Positions 37,063-47,015 of a stretch of 64,000 nucleotides of DNA are shown here, piece by piece. Under the pieces are notes generated by a model. That model did not search any database. It saw only the letters and a program-made list of their open reading frames with translations, and was not told the DNA's origin. Position 1 is the stretch's first letter; each line of letters opens with the position of its first letter. This stretch comes from Terracidiphilus sp. (GTDB taxonomy: Bacteria; Acidobacteriota; Terriglobia; Terriglobales; Acidobacteriaceae): NCBI GenBank assembly GCA_049514795.1, contig JBEKUS010000004.1, forward strand, positions 46 to 64,045, in the 5' to 3' direction. Both the position numbers and the translations under genes were made by a program.

Positions 37063-39900
37063 CTAGGGTGGCGGCTGAATTCCGCCGCACCCGGCCTCCC
37101 CCTCCGCCGTCTTTCCATCCAGCACAAAGCACGACACCCCGTGAATGTCCGTCCGGAAGGTCCGCACGTGCGCCTGCTGCAACTCTTCGAGCACTTCCTC
37201 GCGCGGATGCCCATAACGGTTGTGCAGTCCGCAGCTGATCACCGCCCACTGCGGCGTCACGCGCCCGAGGAACTCCGGCCGCGTCGAGGTGATGCTGCCG
37301 TGATGGCCGATCTTGAGCAGCGTGCTCTCAAGCCCTGTCTCCGTCAGCATGGCGTCTTCGATCAGCTGCTCCGCGTCGCCTTCGAGCAGCACCGACGTCG
37401 CTCCGTACGCCACGTGCAGCACAAGCGAATCGTTGTTGACCGGCTCCGCGCCCGGTTGGTAGTCGCGGAACGGCGCCAACACGTTGACCTGCGTGTTCCC
37501 GAACGCAAACGAGTCTCCCGCCCGAAAGCTTCGTATCCGCACGTGCAGCGCAGCCGCCTCATCCAGCAGCGCGTTGTACTCTCTGAACCGCGGGTTGTTT
37601 CCCACCCACAGCTCATCGGGGTGAAAGTTCCTGAGCACCGCTGGCATCCCGCCCATGTGGTCGGAGTGCGCATGGCTCAGCGCCACCGCGTCCAGATGCC
37701 GGATGCCTCGCGCCCACAGCGCCGGCGACACAACTTCCTCGCCGATGTCGAAGTCCTGCGGCGCCTGCCTCGGGCCGCCGCCGAATCCCCCTCCATCCAC
37801 CAGCAGCGCCTTGCCGTCCGGCGTGACCACCAGCAGCGACTCGCCCTGCCCCACGTCGATCGCCTCCACCAGCATCGCGCCCTTCGGCCGGTCGACGGCG
37901 CGGGGCACGACGGCCGCCAGTGCGGCCAGTGCCAGCGAGGCCACAACGAAGCGCCTCAGCCACCGGCCTAGGCCTTCCTCGTAATCGGCGCCTTCAAATG
38001 GCGTCCCGAGCCGAACACCCAAAAGGCGCCGGAGTATGAAGGCCCTCAGCCCTTGCCGGTATCTCGCAATTGCCGCGGCCGGATTGACTCGGCCAAATGC
38101 CAGCCATCTCAGGCCTCGATGCGCCAGCACAATCGCCGCCCCCAGCAGCGCGCAGAACGCCGTTACCTGCCACAGCAGCGGGCCGGGAATCCGGAGGTCC
38201 CCAAGCGCCCTTTCGCCGAGCCAATGCACCAGCCCGGTCCCCGCGTGCAGCACGAGCGCCACAACTGTCCCCGGAACCGCGGCAGCCGCCGGCCATACGA
38301 TCAGCGCGAGCAGCATCACAAGCGCGGCGGGCATCAGCACCGCAATCAGCGGCACAATCAGCAGGTTCGCCGGCAGGGCATAGATCGTGATGCGGTGGAA
38401 GTAGACGGCCATCGGCAGCGTCATCGCCAGCTCCACTACCCACGAAATCACGACCAGCTCGATTACGCGAATCCCGAAGCGCACGCTCCAGGGAAACGCT
38501 CGCCACGCAAGCCTCCGGTTCCCTGCCCGTTCTAGCCGCTCCGCAATCATCCGCAACGTCACGCGAAAGGCCGCCAGCTTTGGGGGGAGCTTGATGTCCA
38601 TTGCCACCAGCCGCAGATCGCGCGTCGCGTTTCCGTACGGATGAATCGTTCCCTGGAGCAGCGGCGCGGCCACTCCTGCAATCGCGATCACCGCCAGCAG
38701 CGTCATCTGCAGGCTCGAGTCGAACAAGCTGCGCGGGTTCACCACCAGCAGACACAGCGCCGCAAATCCGATCGTGTTCAGTGCATTCCGCTCGCGATAT
38801 ACGAGCCGCCCCAACAAATAGAGCGTCACCATCCACAGCGACCGCTGCACCGGCGTCGCGAACCCAGTAAACAGCGCGTAGGCGAACGACGCGGCGATCG
38901 TCAGGATCATCGCCGGCACACGCGGCATCCGGAGCCTCCGCGTGATCCAGAAGATGCACCCCGCCACAATCGCCAGGTGCAGCCCCGACACGACCAACAT
39001 GTGAAAGGACCCCGTCCGCTCGAAGCCCACTCGAAGCGAATGCGTCAAATACGTGCGGTCGCCGGCGATCATCGCCGCCAGCATGACCGCGTCGTCCTCG
39101 CTCAGCCTCAACGGACCCGGCAACCACCGCATCGCCTGAGGCAGCGCCAGAAGCCGCGCCGTCGTCGCATGCTGCCATTCGCCTACTCGGCACGGGAAGA
39201 ACGCCCCCGGCGCTCGTCCTAGTCGCTCAACGCGATCGATCGCCGCCGTCGCCGTCGACGTGATTCCCTGGTCGAGGAGATAATCCGCGCGGCTCCAGAC
39301 GCCGGGATCGTGGTAAGTCTCTGGCGGCAACAAGCGCGCCACAACCCGCACGCGCTCCCCGCACCGGAACGCCTGCACATCGCCGCTCTTATCCGCATCG
39401 ATCGGCCAACGCACCGTCAGCCGCACGCCGCCGCTCACCGGCGCCTGAGCGTCGCTCTCGCCGGTCACCACCTCGACCGTCGACACGCGCAGATCGATCC
39501 GCTGCGTCGGTGACTGAGCCGGCGGTTCGTCCACGTTCTGCTCAAGCTCGCTGCGCACCGGTCCCGTGTTCACCACGGTCCCTTCCACGGTGCGCAACAA
39601 TCCATCGGAGAGCCTGACGAGCTCGGGCGCAGGAGCAGGCCGCGGCTCCATCTCCGCGCACCACGCGCCCAGCAGCACCCAAAGCATGGCTAGCGGCAGC
39701 CAAACGATGCGTTGCGCGCGGAGCGCGGCTACTCCGCACATCGCCGCCAGCAGAGCCAGCGCAACCAGCACAAGGCTCGGCTGCAGCCACGTCCGGCCCC
39801 CAATTACAATCCCCGCCGCGAACAGCCACGCCGCATGAAACAGCGGGACAGCACTCAGGCCGGCCGAAGGCTGCGCGCGAGTTGGGGGATCGCTCTGCAT
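37063..39900 (-). CDS. comEC: DNA internalization-related competence protein ComEC/Rec2
   Basis: 945 aa. Polytopic competence domain plus a C-terminal metallo-beta-lactamase domain (IDVGQGESLLV, LSHAHSDHMGG, GHHGS). Confidence 0.85.
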   Translation of the reverse strand: MQSDPPTRAQPSAGLSAVPLFHAAWLFAAGIVIGGRTWLQPSLVLVALALLAAMCGVAALRAQRIVWLPLAMLWVLLGAWCAEMEPRPAPAPELVRLSDGLLRTVEGTVVNTGPVRSELEQNVDEPPAQSPTQRIDLRVSTVEVVTGESDAQAPVSGGVRLTVRWPIDADKSGDVQAFRCGERVRVVARLLPPETYHDPGVWSRADYLLDQGITSTATAAIDRVERLGRAPGAFFPCRVGEWQHATTARLLALPQAMRWLPGPLRLSEDDAVMLAAMIAGDRTYLTHSLRVGFERTGSFHMLVVSGLHLAIVAGCIFWITRRLRMPRVPAMILTIAASFAYALFTGFATPVQRSLWMVTLYLLGRLVYRERNALNTIGFAALCLLVVNPRSLFDSSLQMTLLAVIAIAGVAAPLLQGTIHPYGNATRDLRLVAMDIKLPPKLAAFRVTLRMIAERLERAGNRRLAWRAFPWSVRFGIRVIELVVISWVVELAMTLPMAVYFHRITIYALPANLLIVPLIAVLMPAALVMLLALIVWPAAAAVPGTVVALVLHAGTGLVHWLGERALGDLRIPGPLLWQVTAFCALLGAAIVLAHRGLRWLAFGRVNPAAAIARYRQGLRAFILRRLLGVRLGTPFEGADYEEGLGRWLRRFVVASLALAALAAVVPRAVDRPKGAMLVEAIDVGQGESLLVVTPDGKALLVDGGGFGGGPRQAPQDFDIGEEVVSPALWARGIRHLDAVALSHAHSDHMGGMPAVLRNFHPDELWVGNNPRFREYNALLDEAAALHVRIRSFRAGDSFAFGNTQVNVLAPFRDYQPGAEPVNNDSLVLHVAYGATSVLLEGDAEQLIEDAMLTETGLESTLLKIGHHGSITSTRPEFLGRVTPQWAVISCGLHNRYGHPREEVLEELQQAHVRTFRTDIHGVSCFVLDGKTAEGEAGCGGIQPPP

Positions 39901-39980
39901 CGGGCGCCAGGTTGGACAGTAAATGTGGGATCAAGCGTATCAGGAATCCGGCTGCACGGGCACTGATTTCGATAGTCCGG

Positions 39981-41384
39981 CTACCGGCGCCGCAATTCGG
40001 CCACCGTTTCCAGATGGAACGTCTGCGGGAAAAGATCCACCAGCGTTACGCGGCAAAGGTCATACCCGGCGCCTACCAGGGCTCTCAGGTCGCGTGCCAA
40101 GGTCGCCGGGTCGCACGACACATATACCATCTCCGGCGCCCCAATCTGTCCCAGCAGCGCCGTTGTCTCCGCGCCCAGTCCTGTCCGCGGGGGATCCACA
40201 ACGATCAGCTCCGGCCGCTGTTCCTTGCGCGCCCTCCGCAGGAACTCCAGCGTTGCCGCCTTCACTGCCACCGCGCCCGTCCCGCGCAGATTCTCCTTGA
40301 GCGCACGCGTTGCCGCCGGCGCAACCTCAACCGCGGCCACCCGCTCAAACCGCTCCGCGCACCGTCGCGCGAACAGCCCTACGCCAGCGAACAGGTCCCA
40401 CGCCAGCCCCCCGCTTCGCTTGCCGGTCACGCGTTCCACCAGCGCATCCACCAGCCAGCGGTTCGCCTGGAAGAACGCACCCTGATCCACGCGATACGCG
40501 AACCCTGCAACGCAATAGTGCAACGAACTCTCGCCCCAACGCCCTACGCTCTGCGCCTCGCGGCCCTTGCCGCCCGGCGTGGCATACTCCACGCCCTTTG
40601 TCTCGGGAATCTTCTCTGCAAGAGCCCGCGCGAACGCCTCCAGTCCTCTGTTTCTCCTGTCCGCCACCGTTGCGCTCGCCAGCAGCGACGTCTCTTCCGC
40701 ATCGCAGAACAACGAGACCTCGTTTGGGCGCTCGTGCACCGCGAGTCCCCGCACACTCTCCCCGGCGGCCATCGCGGCCCGCACCAGCAGCGGCGCCGCA
40801 ATCGGACACTCCTCGATCGAGACCACTGCGTGCGACCGCCTGCCCCGATAACCGACGCGCCCCTCCGCATCGAACGCCACCCGAATCCGGTTCCGGTACG
40901 CCCACGGCTCGCCTGCCAGCACCTCGATCTCCGCCGGCGCGCGCACGCTGCCACGCTCCAGGCTCTCGCGCAGGATGTCCAGCTTCAGCGCAATCTGCGC
41001 CGCGTACCCCGCGTGCTGATACTGGCATCCGCCGCAAACGCCAAAGTGCCGGCAGGCCGGCGTTACCCGGTCCGCCGCCGCGGCAACAATCTCCTCGACC
41101 TCCGCCGTCGCGTACCCCGGCTTCTCTTCCGCCACGCGCACCCGCACCCGCTCGCCCGGCAACGCCAGCGGTACAAACACCGCCTTGCCTTCGACCCGCG
41201 CCAGGAACGTCCCGCCATAAACCGGCTTCTCAATCTGCACGAGCTGCGCCGGCACGGCACTCTCTGTCGCGTATGCGGGTTTTTTGTCAGGGCATGACTT
41301 CAACCGCGCCGCGCCGCCAGCGGAAGGGCTGGGCTTCAGCCCCTGGCTGTCGCGTTTCTCGCTTCCCCGCGCCCACTTCTTCAT
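39981..41384 (-). CDS. rlmD: 23S rRNA (uracil-C5)-methyltransferase, RlmD/RumA family (TRAM + Fe-S Cys cluster + SAM MTase)
   Basis: TRAM-like N-terminus, C..FGVCGGCQYQH cluster, DLFAGVGLF SAM motif and VYVSCDPATLARD. The N-terminal approximately 40 aa may be an over-extension. Confidence 0.75.
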   Translation of the reverse strand: MKKWARGSEKRDSQGLKPSPSAGGAARLKSCPDKKPAYATESAVPAQLVQIEKPVYGGTFLARVEGKAVFVPLALPGERVRVRVAEEKPGYATAEVEEIVAAAADRVTPACRHFGVCGGCQYQHAGYAAQIALKLDILRESLERGSVRAPAEIEVLAGEPWAYRNRIRVAFDAEGRVGYRGRRSHAVVSIEECPIAAPLLVRAAMAAGESVRGLAVHERPNEVSLFCDAEETSLLASATVADRRNRGLEAFARALAEKIPETKGVEYATPGGKGREAQSVGRWGESSLHYCVAGFAYRVDQGAFFQANRWLVDALVERVTGKRSGGLAWDLFAGVGLFARRCAERFERVAAVEVAPAATRALKENLRGTGAVAVKAATLEFLRRARKEQRPELIVVDPPRTGLGAETTALLGQIGAPEMVYVSCDPATLARDLRALVGAGYDLCRVTLVDLFPQTFHLETVAELRRR

Positions 41385-42094
41385 TGCTGGCTCATGTAGA
41401 ACAAACTCAACCGCGGCAGATTGTAATGAACCAGCAGTTGCTTCCGCACAAACTGCTCTTTAACCTGGCGCAACTGTACCGCGCCCATGCGGCTGCGGTA
41501 GGGCGCCAATTCGCGGGCAGCGTGCTCGTTCAGGCCCAACAGCAGATCCTCGGGCGCGGCAACGTTGAGCGCGGCATACAGCTTGTCTTCAAGTACCATG
41601 AGCGATTGCTCTAACCCTTCGAGATCGACAGGGGCGGCCTTTTCGCCGGCGCCCGCCGTTACCTCCGCCGCCAGCTCGCGGAGCCTCGCCGCAGTTGCGC
41701 GGCACGCATCCTCTGCAACCTTCGCGGCTTCCAACACCTCCGCTGCGGCCATCAGGTGTCCCGCCACGCGCTCGTGTTCGAATCCAGATTCCCGTGGCGC
41801 TGCCGCCTCCTCGGCCGACCCCGTCGACGCCTCGTTCATCTCTATCGCCGCCTGCATCACCGCCTGCGCGCACCAAGCCAGCCCGTTGATCCGCTGCATC
41901 CGACCCCGCTTCTGCCGCGACTCGTATTTGTCGAACGCCGCATCGATGCCGCGCAGCGCCGCCTCCAGCGGAATCCCCGCTTCGCGCCACGTCTCGATCA
42001 ACGCCCAATCCAGCGTCGACAACAGCAGAATCGATCCTCTGCGCTGCTGGAAGCGCTCTTCGATCTCCGTAAAGTAGTTGAAATAGTTGCGCAC
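41381..42094 (-). CDS. Conserved hypothetical protein
   Basis: 237 aa with an ATGA overlap to rlmD. N-terminal FTEIEERFQQRRGSILLLSTLDWALIETWREAGIPLE looks wHTH-like. No confident family. Confidence 0.6.
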   Translation of the reverse strand: MRNYFNYFTEIEERFQQRRGSILLLSTLDWALIETWREAGIPLEAALRGIDAAFDKYESRQKRGRMQRINGLAWCAQAVMQAAIEMNEASTGSAEEAAAPRESGFEHERVAGHLMAAAEVLEAAKVAEDACRATAARLRELAAEVTAGAGEKAAPVDLEGLEQSLMVLEDKLYAALNVAAPEDLLLGLNEHAARELAPYRSRMGAVQLRQVKEQFVRKQLLVHYNLPRLSLFYMSQQ

Positions 42095-42140
42095 GCTTTC
42101 ATCTTAAATTCGACGCCTCGGAGGCAAACGACAGCCACCG

Positions 42141-42377
42141 TTGGATTCGTCGTCCTCGGCATCATCGGCCGCCCCATCCTTCAGGATCCTGCTTCATCAA
42201 AAGGACCTCCACAACGCACTCCAGGCCGCCGAGGCAAACCACGTTTTCCTGCCGCTCACCGCGCAGGTACAGCAGATGCTCTCCTCCCTCATCGCCGATG
42301 AGAAAGGCGATCTCGATCATTCAGCCATTGCCACGTTTGTTGAATCGGCCTCGCACGTCGAGGTGAAGGCGCGGTAA
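42141..42377 (+). pseudogene. 3' fragment (~65 codons) of a GarR/HIBADH-family NAD(P)-dependent oxidoreductase
   Basis: PSFRILLHQKDLHNALQAAEANHVFLPLTAQVQQMLSSLIADEKGDLDHSAIATFVESASHVEVKAR aligns from memory with the E. coli GarR C-terminus PGFKIDLHIKDLANALDTSHGVGAQLPLTAAVMEMMQALRADGLGTADHSALACYYEKLAKVEVTR. The N-terminal about 220 aa (Rossmann domain) are absent. Confidence 0.65.
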
Positions 42378-42488
42378 CGGGAGATCAGATTCTCCGAAGG
42401 CTCGTCAAGGTCTCTGTTATCTATCTATGCGTCGGAAATTGGCGCAAAGCAGGCAATTGGAACAGAAAGGCTGATGTAGGATTCCTGC

Positions 42489-42833
42489 ATGGACAAGAAA
42501 TGGGAAAAACGGTTCGGAAATCTCCGTCTCTTGAGCTGGTTAGTTCTCATTGGCCTGCCTCTGCTTGTTGCGGCCTACCTGACCTCGGATGTTGTGCAAA
42601 TCATCTGCGGGGTCGCCGGGGTTCTATTTATTTTGCCGGGTTTCATTTACGTCTATGTTCTTGTAATCCTGCATTGGAAGGACCGCTACCGCGGAAAACA
42701 CAGTGATCTATGGGGAGTGCTCATCCTGATCGAGACATCGGGCTGGATGAAGCTTGTTTATCTGTTCCGCCACTTGATCCCAGACATGCGTCACACGGGA
42801 CGCTACCGCCTAGAATCTTCGCAACCCGCCTAG
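42489..42833 (+). CDS. Small 3-TM membrane protein, AT-richer orphan
   Basis: 114 aa with ATG start. Its last 9 codons lie inside copy 1 of the 44-bp tandem duplication. Confidence 0.5.
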   Translation: MDKKWEKRFGNLRLLSWLVLIGLPLLVAAYLTSDVVQIICGVAGVLFILPGFIYVYVLVILHWKDRYRGKHSDLWGVLILIETSGWMKLVYLFRHLIPDMRHTGRYRLESSQPA

Positions 42834-42892
42834 CTCAGGAACTCCGCCACCGCCTAGAATCTTCGCAACCCGCCTAGCTCAGGAACTCCGCC
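42805..42892. repeat. Perfect 44-bp tandem duplication (2 copies) bounded by ACCGCC microhomology
   Basis: 42805-42848 and 42849-42892 are both accgcctagaatcttcgcaacccgcctagctcaggaactccgcc. The next 6 nt (ACCGCC) repeat the unit start. The unit carries the DegT-family gene 3' end. Confidence 0.9.
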
Positions 42893-44076
42893 ACCGCCGC
42901 TACCACCGTCTCCTGCTCGTCCTCGCGCAACTCGGGGAAGATCGGCAGCGCCAGTACTTCGCGTGCCGCGCGCTCTGCCTCGGGGAAGTCGCCTTCTGCG
43001 TACCCCAGGCTCTTCAGGGCCTCCTGCATGTGCAGTGGCACGGGATAATAGATCTCCGACCCGATCCCGCGGGCCGCCAGAAACTCCTGCAGTGCGTCGC
43101 GCCGCGCCACGCGGATCACGTATTGGTGCCACACATGCTTGGCGTCCGGCGTCTGGCCCGGCAGCACCACGCCGCGGTCGGGATACGGCCCTGCGTCTGC
43201 GAGTCCCGCTTTCGCGAACAGCGTGCTGTATCGCGACGCCAGCGCCCGCCGGGCTTCATTCCACGCCCCGACGTGCTTCAGCTTCACCGTCAGCACCGCG
43301 CCCTGGAATCCATCCATGCGCGTGTTCCAGCCTAGTTCGTCGTGATAGTAGCGCCGCCGCATCCCGTGCTGGCGCAGCATCTTCACCCGCTCCGCCACGT
43401 CGTCCCGGTTGGTCGTCACCATCCCCGCATCGCCCGCGGCGCTCAGGTTCTTCGTCGGATAAAAGCTGAACGCGGCCGCGTCTCCCAACCCGCCGGCCTT
43501 CGTTCCCTTCCATTCCGCGCCCCAAGCCTGCGCGGCGTCCTCGATCAGCGTCAGCCCGCGCTCCCGCGCCAACCGCGAGAACTCCGTCCAGTCTGCACAT
43601 TGCCCGTACAGGTGCACCGGCAGAATCGCCCCCACGCCTGCCCCGCGCTTGCCCTCCAGCACCCTCTCCACGGCCGCCGGGGACAGGTTGAAGCCAGCCG
43701 GATCGATGTCCGCCAGAAGCGCCGCCGCCCCGGCGCGAAGAATCGCACTTACCGATGCGAAGAAGCTGAACGGTGTCGTCACAACCACTGCGCCCGGGCC
43801 GATCCCCGCCCCGGCCAGCGCCAGCCACAGCGCGTCCGTGCCCGAAGAGCATCCCAACGCGTGCGCCACGCCCAGTTGCTCTGCCGCTCCCCGCTCGAAC
43901 GCCGCAACCTGCTCGCCCAGCACGAACTGCTGCGTCTCAAGCACGTGTCCCAAAGCAGCCAGCAGTTCCTCGTGGATCGGCTGGTACTGGCGTCTCAGGT
44001 CCAGCATCGGGACGGGCGTTTGCGCCGTTCCAGCGGTTCGGGCCGCCTCGCGCGCCGGAATGGCAGTTTCTTGCAC
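42874..44076 (-). CDS. DegT/DnrJ/EryC1/StrS family aminotransferase
   Basis: LDLRRQY..I..E...A...VL....F.LG..V..FE, SGTDAL, and the FYPTKNL PLP-lysine motif. ATG 44007 is an alternative start. Confidence 0.8.
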   Translation of the reverse strand: MQETAIPAREAARTAGTAQTPVPMLDLRRQYQPIHEELLAALGHVLETQQFVLGEQVAAFERGAAEQLGVAHALGCSSGTDALWLALAGAGIGPGAVVVTTPFSFFASVSAILRAGAAALLADIDPAGFNLSPAAVERVLEGKRGAGVGAILPVHLYGQCADWTEFSRLARERGLTLIEDAAQAWGAEWKGTKAGGLGDAAAFSFYPTKNLSAAGDAGMVTTNRDDVAERVKMLRQHGMRRRYYHDELGWNTRMDGFQGAVLTVKLKHVGAWNEARRALASRYSTLFAKAGLADAGPYPDRGVVLPGQTPDAKHVWHQYVIRVARRDALQEFLAARGIGSEIYYPVPLHMQEALKSLGYAEGDFPEAERAAREVLALPIFPELREDEQETVVAAVAEFLS

Positions 44077-44440
44077 ACACTGATGCTATCAGCCGCCGAA
44101 TCCCCCTTGTCCCGTGTGAGTCCCGAGCCGTCCCCGGCCGTCCCGTGGCGCGAAGGTCCAGTGTCGCCCAGGCCCGCCTCCAGACACCCGTTTATCACGC
44201 TATCTCATTCAATAAACAGTGAATACTCCCCGAGCGAGCCCCGGTCAACAGCCCGAGACCCACTCAGATTGACTCGAGTGTTAACCCTTTCGCGGAGTTG
44301 AAATGGATCGCAAATGTCTATAAAGTTGAGCCATTGCGGGGATTATCTGGCGCCGGGGGTTCCCGGGCCTCCTCCGCGGAGTTGAACTTCATCGAAAGAA
44401 CGGCAGGGCACAACTTCAAAAGAAAGCAGGAGATCGGCAC

Positions 44441-44749
44441 ATGGAGAACAAGCCGGCACAAAACATTCAGGACACATTTCTGAACACGGTTCGAAAGGAC
44501 AAGTCCCCGATTACGATCTATCTGGTCAGCGGCGTCAAGCTGACGGGGAAGATCCGGTCCTTCGACAAATATTCCGTGCTCCTGGAGAACAATAGCCAGG
44601 AACAGTTGATTTTCAAACACGCGATCTCAACCGTGGTAAGCAACCGGAGCGTGATCCACAACGAACATCGCCAGGCTGCTGTGACGTCGGGTATCGGCCC
44701 GTCTCCCGTCCCGTCGCCCGTCCAGCCAATCTCTCAGGTCGCTGAGTAG
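44441..44749 (+). CDS. hfq: RNA chaperone Hfq
   Basis: [56 protein letters not shown] carries the Sm1/Sm2 motifs. AGGAGA Shine-Dalgarno. Confidence 0.95.
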   Translation: MENKPAQNIQDTFLNTVRKDKSPITIYLVSGVKLTGKIRSFDKYSVLLENNSQEQLIFKHAISTVVSNRSVIHNEHRQAAVTSGIGPSPVPSPVQPISQVAE

Positions 44750-44899
44750 CATTAGTGGCCGAGCCTCCCCGGATTTGGAGGGAATGGCGCGCAGGAACGG
44801 CTTCACCGCAGTGCCTCCGGCGCTCTGGCGACCGGGCCCTGGTGAGGGGATTTGTGCCTTCTGGATGGGGCGGCGGCTCTTCGTTGCTGGCGGGTTGAA

Positions 44900-46375
44900 A
44901 TGAGTGCTTCGACAGCGGATCTCGGTCGATCGGGCGGCCGGCCTGAGCGGGCCATCCTCGTTTCCGTCGACCTTGAGACCCGTTCCCGCGGCAGTCGCCA
45001 GGGCATCAGGGGCTTGGCGAAACCTGCTCCGCGCTCCGGCGCGACCGCTTTGGCCGAGTCCGCGGTCGATCGAGTTGCATCTCCCTCCCCACTCCGCCCG
45101 CAGGCGTCCTCGCTTCCCGGCCTTGGTCCCGAAGACTCACTCGCCGAATTCCGCGAGCTCCTCTTGAGCGCTGGCGGCCAGGTGGCTGCCGAGGTTTGCC
45201 AGCGCAACGTCCGTCCCGATCCCGCCACCCTCATCGGCTCCGGCAAGGTCGAGGAAATCGCCGCCGTCGCGGCGTCCACCCAAGCCGACCTTGTCCTCTT
45301 CGACCACGATCTCTCGCCCACGCAACTGCGCAACCTCGAGGCCGCTTTGCCCTGCCGCGTCCTCGACCGCACCCAGCTCATCCTCGACATCTTCGCCCGG
45401 CACGCGCGCACCCGCGAGGGCCAGCTCCAGGTCGAACTCGCCCAGCTCGAGTACATGCTCCCCCGCCTCACTGGCCGCGGCAAAGCCATGTCGCAACTCG
45501 GCGGCGGCATCGGCACCCGCGGCCCCGGCGAGACTCAGCTCGAGACTGACCGCCGGCGCATCCAGCGCCGCATCGATCAGCTCAAGCGCGACCTCGAATC
45601 CGTCCGCCGCGTGCGCCGCCAGCAGCGCCAGCGCCGCGAAGCCGTTCCCGTCCCCACAGTCGCCCTCGTCGGCTACACCAACGCCGGCAAAAGCACTCTC
45701 TTCAACTCCGTCACCGGCGCGCAGGTGCTCTCGTCGTCGCGCATGTTCGCCACTCTCGACCCCAAGCTGCGCGCCGTCGAGCTGCCCAGCCGCCGACGAG
45801 TGCTTCTGTCCGACACTGTCGGCTTCATCCGCAACTTGCCCCATACGCTCGTCACCAGCTTCCGGGCCACGCTCGAAGAGGTCGAGAAGGCCGAAGTCCT
45901 CCTCCACGTTCGCGACGCCTCCTCCACCTACGGCGACGAGCAGAAAGCGCAGGTCGAGAAAGTCCTCGGCGAACTCGAAAGCCTCTCCAAGCCCCGCATC
46001 GAAGTGCTCAACAAGATCGACCTGCTCCCCGAAGACCAGCGCGCGGTTCTTTTATCCCGCTCATATCTAGATCCAAGAGGTATTGGCTCCCACGACGCGG
46101 TGGTTGCCGTTTCCGCGATCACAGGCGAAGGCCTCCCCGGTCTGCTCGCGGCCATCGACACCGCTCTCCAGTCCGATCCCATTGTCGACGCCGATCTGCG
46201 CGTCCCGCAGCACGAGGGCGCCGCACTCGCCGCCATCGAAGCAGGCATGATCGTCCACTCGCGCGAATACCAAGGCAACCTCGTCCGTCTCACCGTCAGC
46301 GGCCCCGCCTCGCTGGTCGGCCGCCTCCGCCGCTTTCGCATCCGCGATGGTCAAACCCCAGCGCCGACCGATTGA
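44900..46375 (+). CDS. hflX: GTPase HflX
   Basis: [37 protein letters not shown]1 [14 protein letters not shown] and NKID. Follows hfq as in many bacteria. Has an N-terminal low-complexity insertion. Confidence 0.9.
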   Translation: MSASTADLGRSGGRPERAILVSVDLETRSRGSRQGIRGLAKPAPRSGATALAESAVDRVASPSPLRPQASSLPGLGPEDSLAEFRELLLSAGGQVAAEVCQRNVRPDPATLIGSGKVEEIAAVAASTQADLVLFDHDLSPTQLRNLEAALPCRVLDRTQLILDIFARHARTREGQLQVELAQLEYMLPRLTGRGKAMSQLGGGIGTRGPGETQLETDRRRIQRRIDQLKRDLESVRRVRRQQRQRREAVPVPTVALVGYTNAGKSTLFNSVTGAQVLSSSRMFATLDPKLRAVELPSRRRVLLSDTVGFIRNLPHTLVTSFRATLEEVEKAEVLLHVRDASSTYGDEQKAQVEKVLGELESLSKPRIEVLNKIDLLPEDQRAVLLSRSYLDPRGIGSHDAVVAVSAITGEGLPGLLAAIDTALQSDPIVDADLRVPQHEGAALAAIEAGMIVHSREYQGNLVRLTVSGPASLVGRLRRFRIRDGQTPAPTD

Positions 46376-46410
46376 GACGGTAAATCACCTCAAGGCTCTT
46401 CTCTTGGATG

Positions 46411-46490
46411 TGTCATTCTGAGCGATCGAGCGAACCGGAACGGCGAAGCGACGGAGTCGAAGAATCTGCGGTTGCTTTTCTTCGCGGGCA
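46411..46490. repeat. Short intergenic element with ends GTCATTCTGAGCG ... GAAGAATCTGCGG
   Basis: The motif resembles a short dispersed repeat I have seen translated as ..HSERSE..ES.. in high-GC soil-bacterial genomes. Only one copy is in this window, so the call is weak. Confidence 0.3.
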
Positions 46491-46555
46491 ACCTGTCCCC
46501 TCGGGTTCCGGTCTTCCGGGGTGGAGTAGATCGCTATCGATCTTCGCTGCCTCAA

Positions 46556-46586
46556 CCTTGGCGCGTTCTTCGCGCAAAGGATGGGA
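46556..46586. repeat. REP-like hairpin, copy 3 (CCTTGGCGCG ttctt CGCGCAAAGG ATGGGA)
   Basis: 9/10-bp stem. Shares the CGCGCAAAGGATGGG core with copies at 169-202 and 27520-27577. Confidence 0.5.
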
Positions 46587-47015
46587 CGGTGCAAGCCGCG
46601 AAATTCGCCGGCGGTTATCCGCGCTTTCATCCACCGCGCTACGCGCCTGGCCCTTGCATTCCGGTCTCGACCCGCCGAGATCCGGCTTCCGCGGCCGCCA
46701 CTTCTTCTTCGGTCCGCGATCTCCTCGCTGTGACCCAGGCCTCTCGCCGCCTCCCCGAGACCTTTCTCTATCGGAGATCCCTCATTTCCACGGGACGAAT
46801 CGGAGGGATGCGACCCAAGGGATATATCAAGGAGAATTCAGAAAGCGCTTTGACTGAGAATCGACTGGCGCCGGCGGCGGCAGGCTCCAAACAGGCATAC
46901 CCCGTGCCGGATTCGGGGTGGCCGGGCCGATGGCAGCCTCTTGTTCGCTGATTCCGATGTGGTCCGCTCTTCTGCTCGATTCCCAAGCCCGCCAGAAGAG
47001 AGGAAACCTGGGTCT

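Noticed and set aside
44970-45130. Low-complexity insertion of about 45 aa in the HflX N-terminal domain (..[43 protein letters not shown]..), considered as a third in-frame repeat-element insertion.
   Set aside because: No hairpin or similarity to the mnmG inserts is visible. HflX N-termini are naturally variable.
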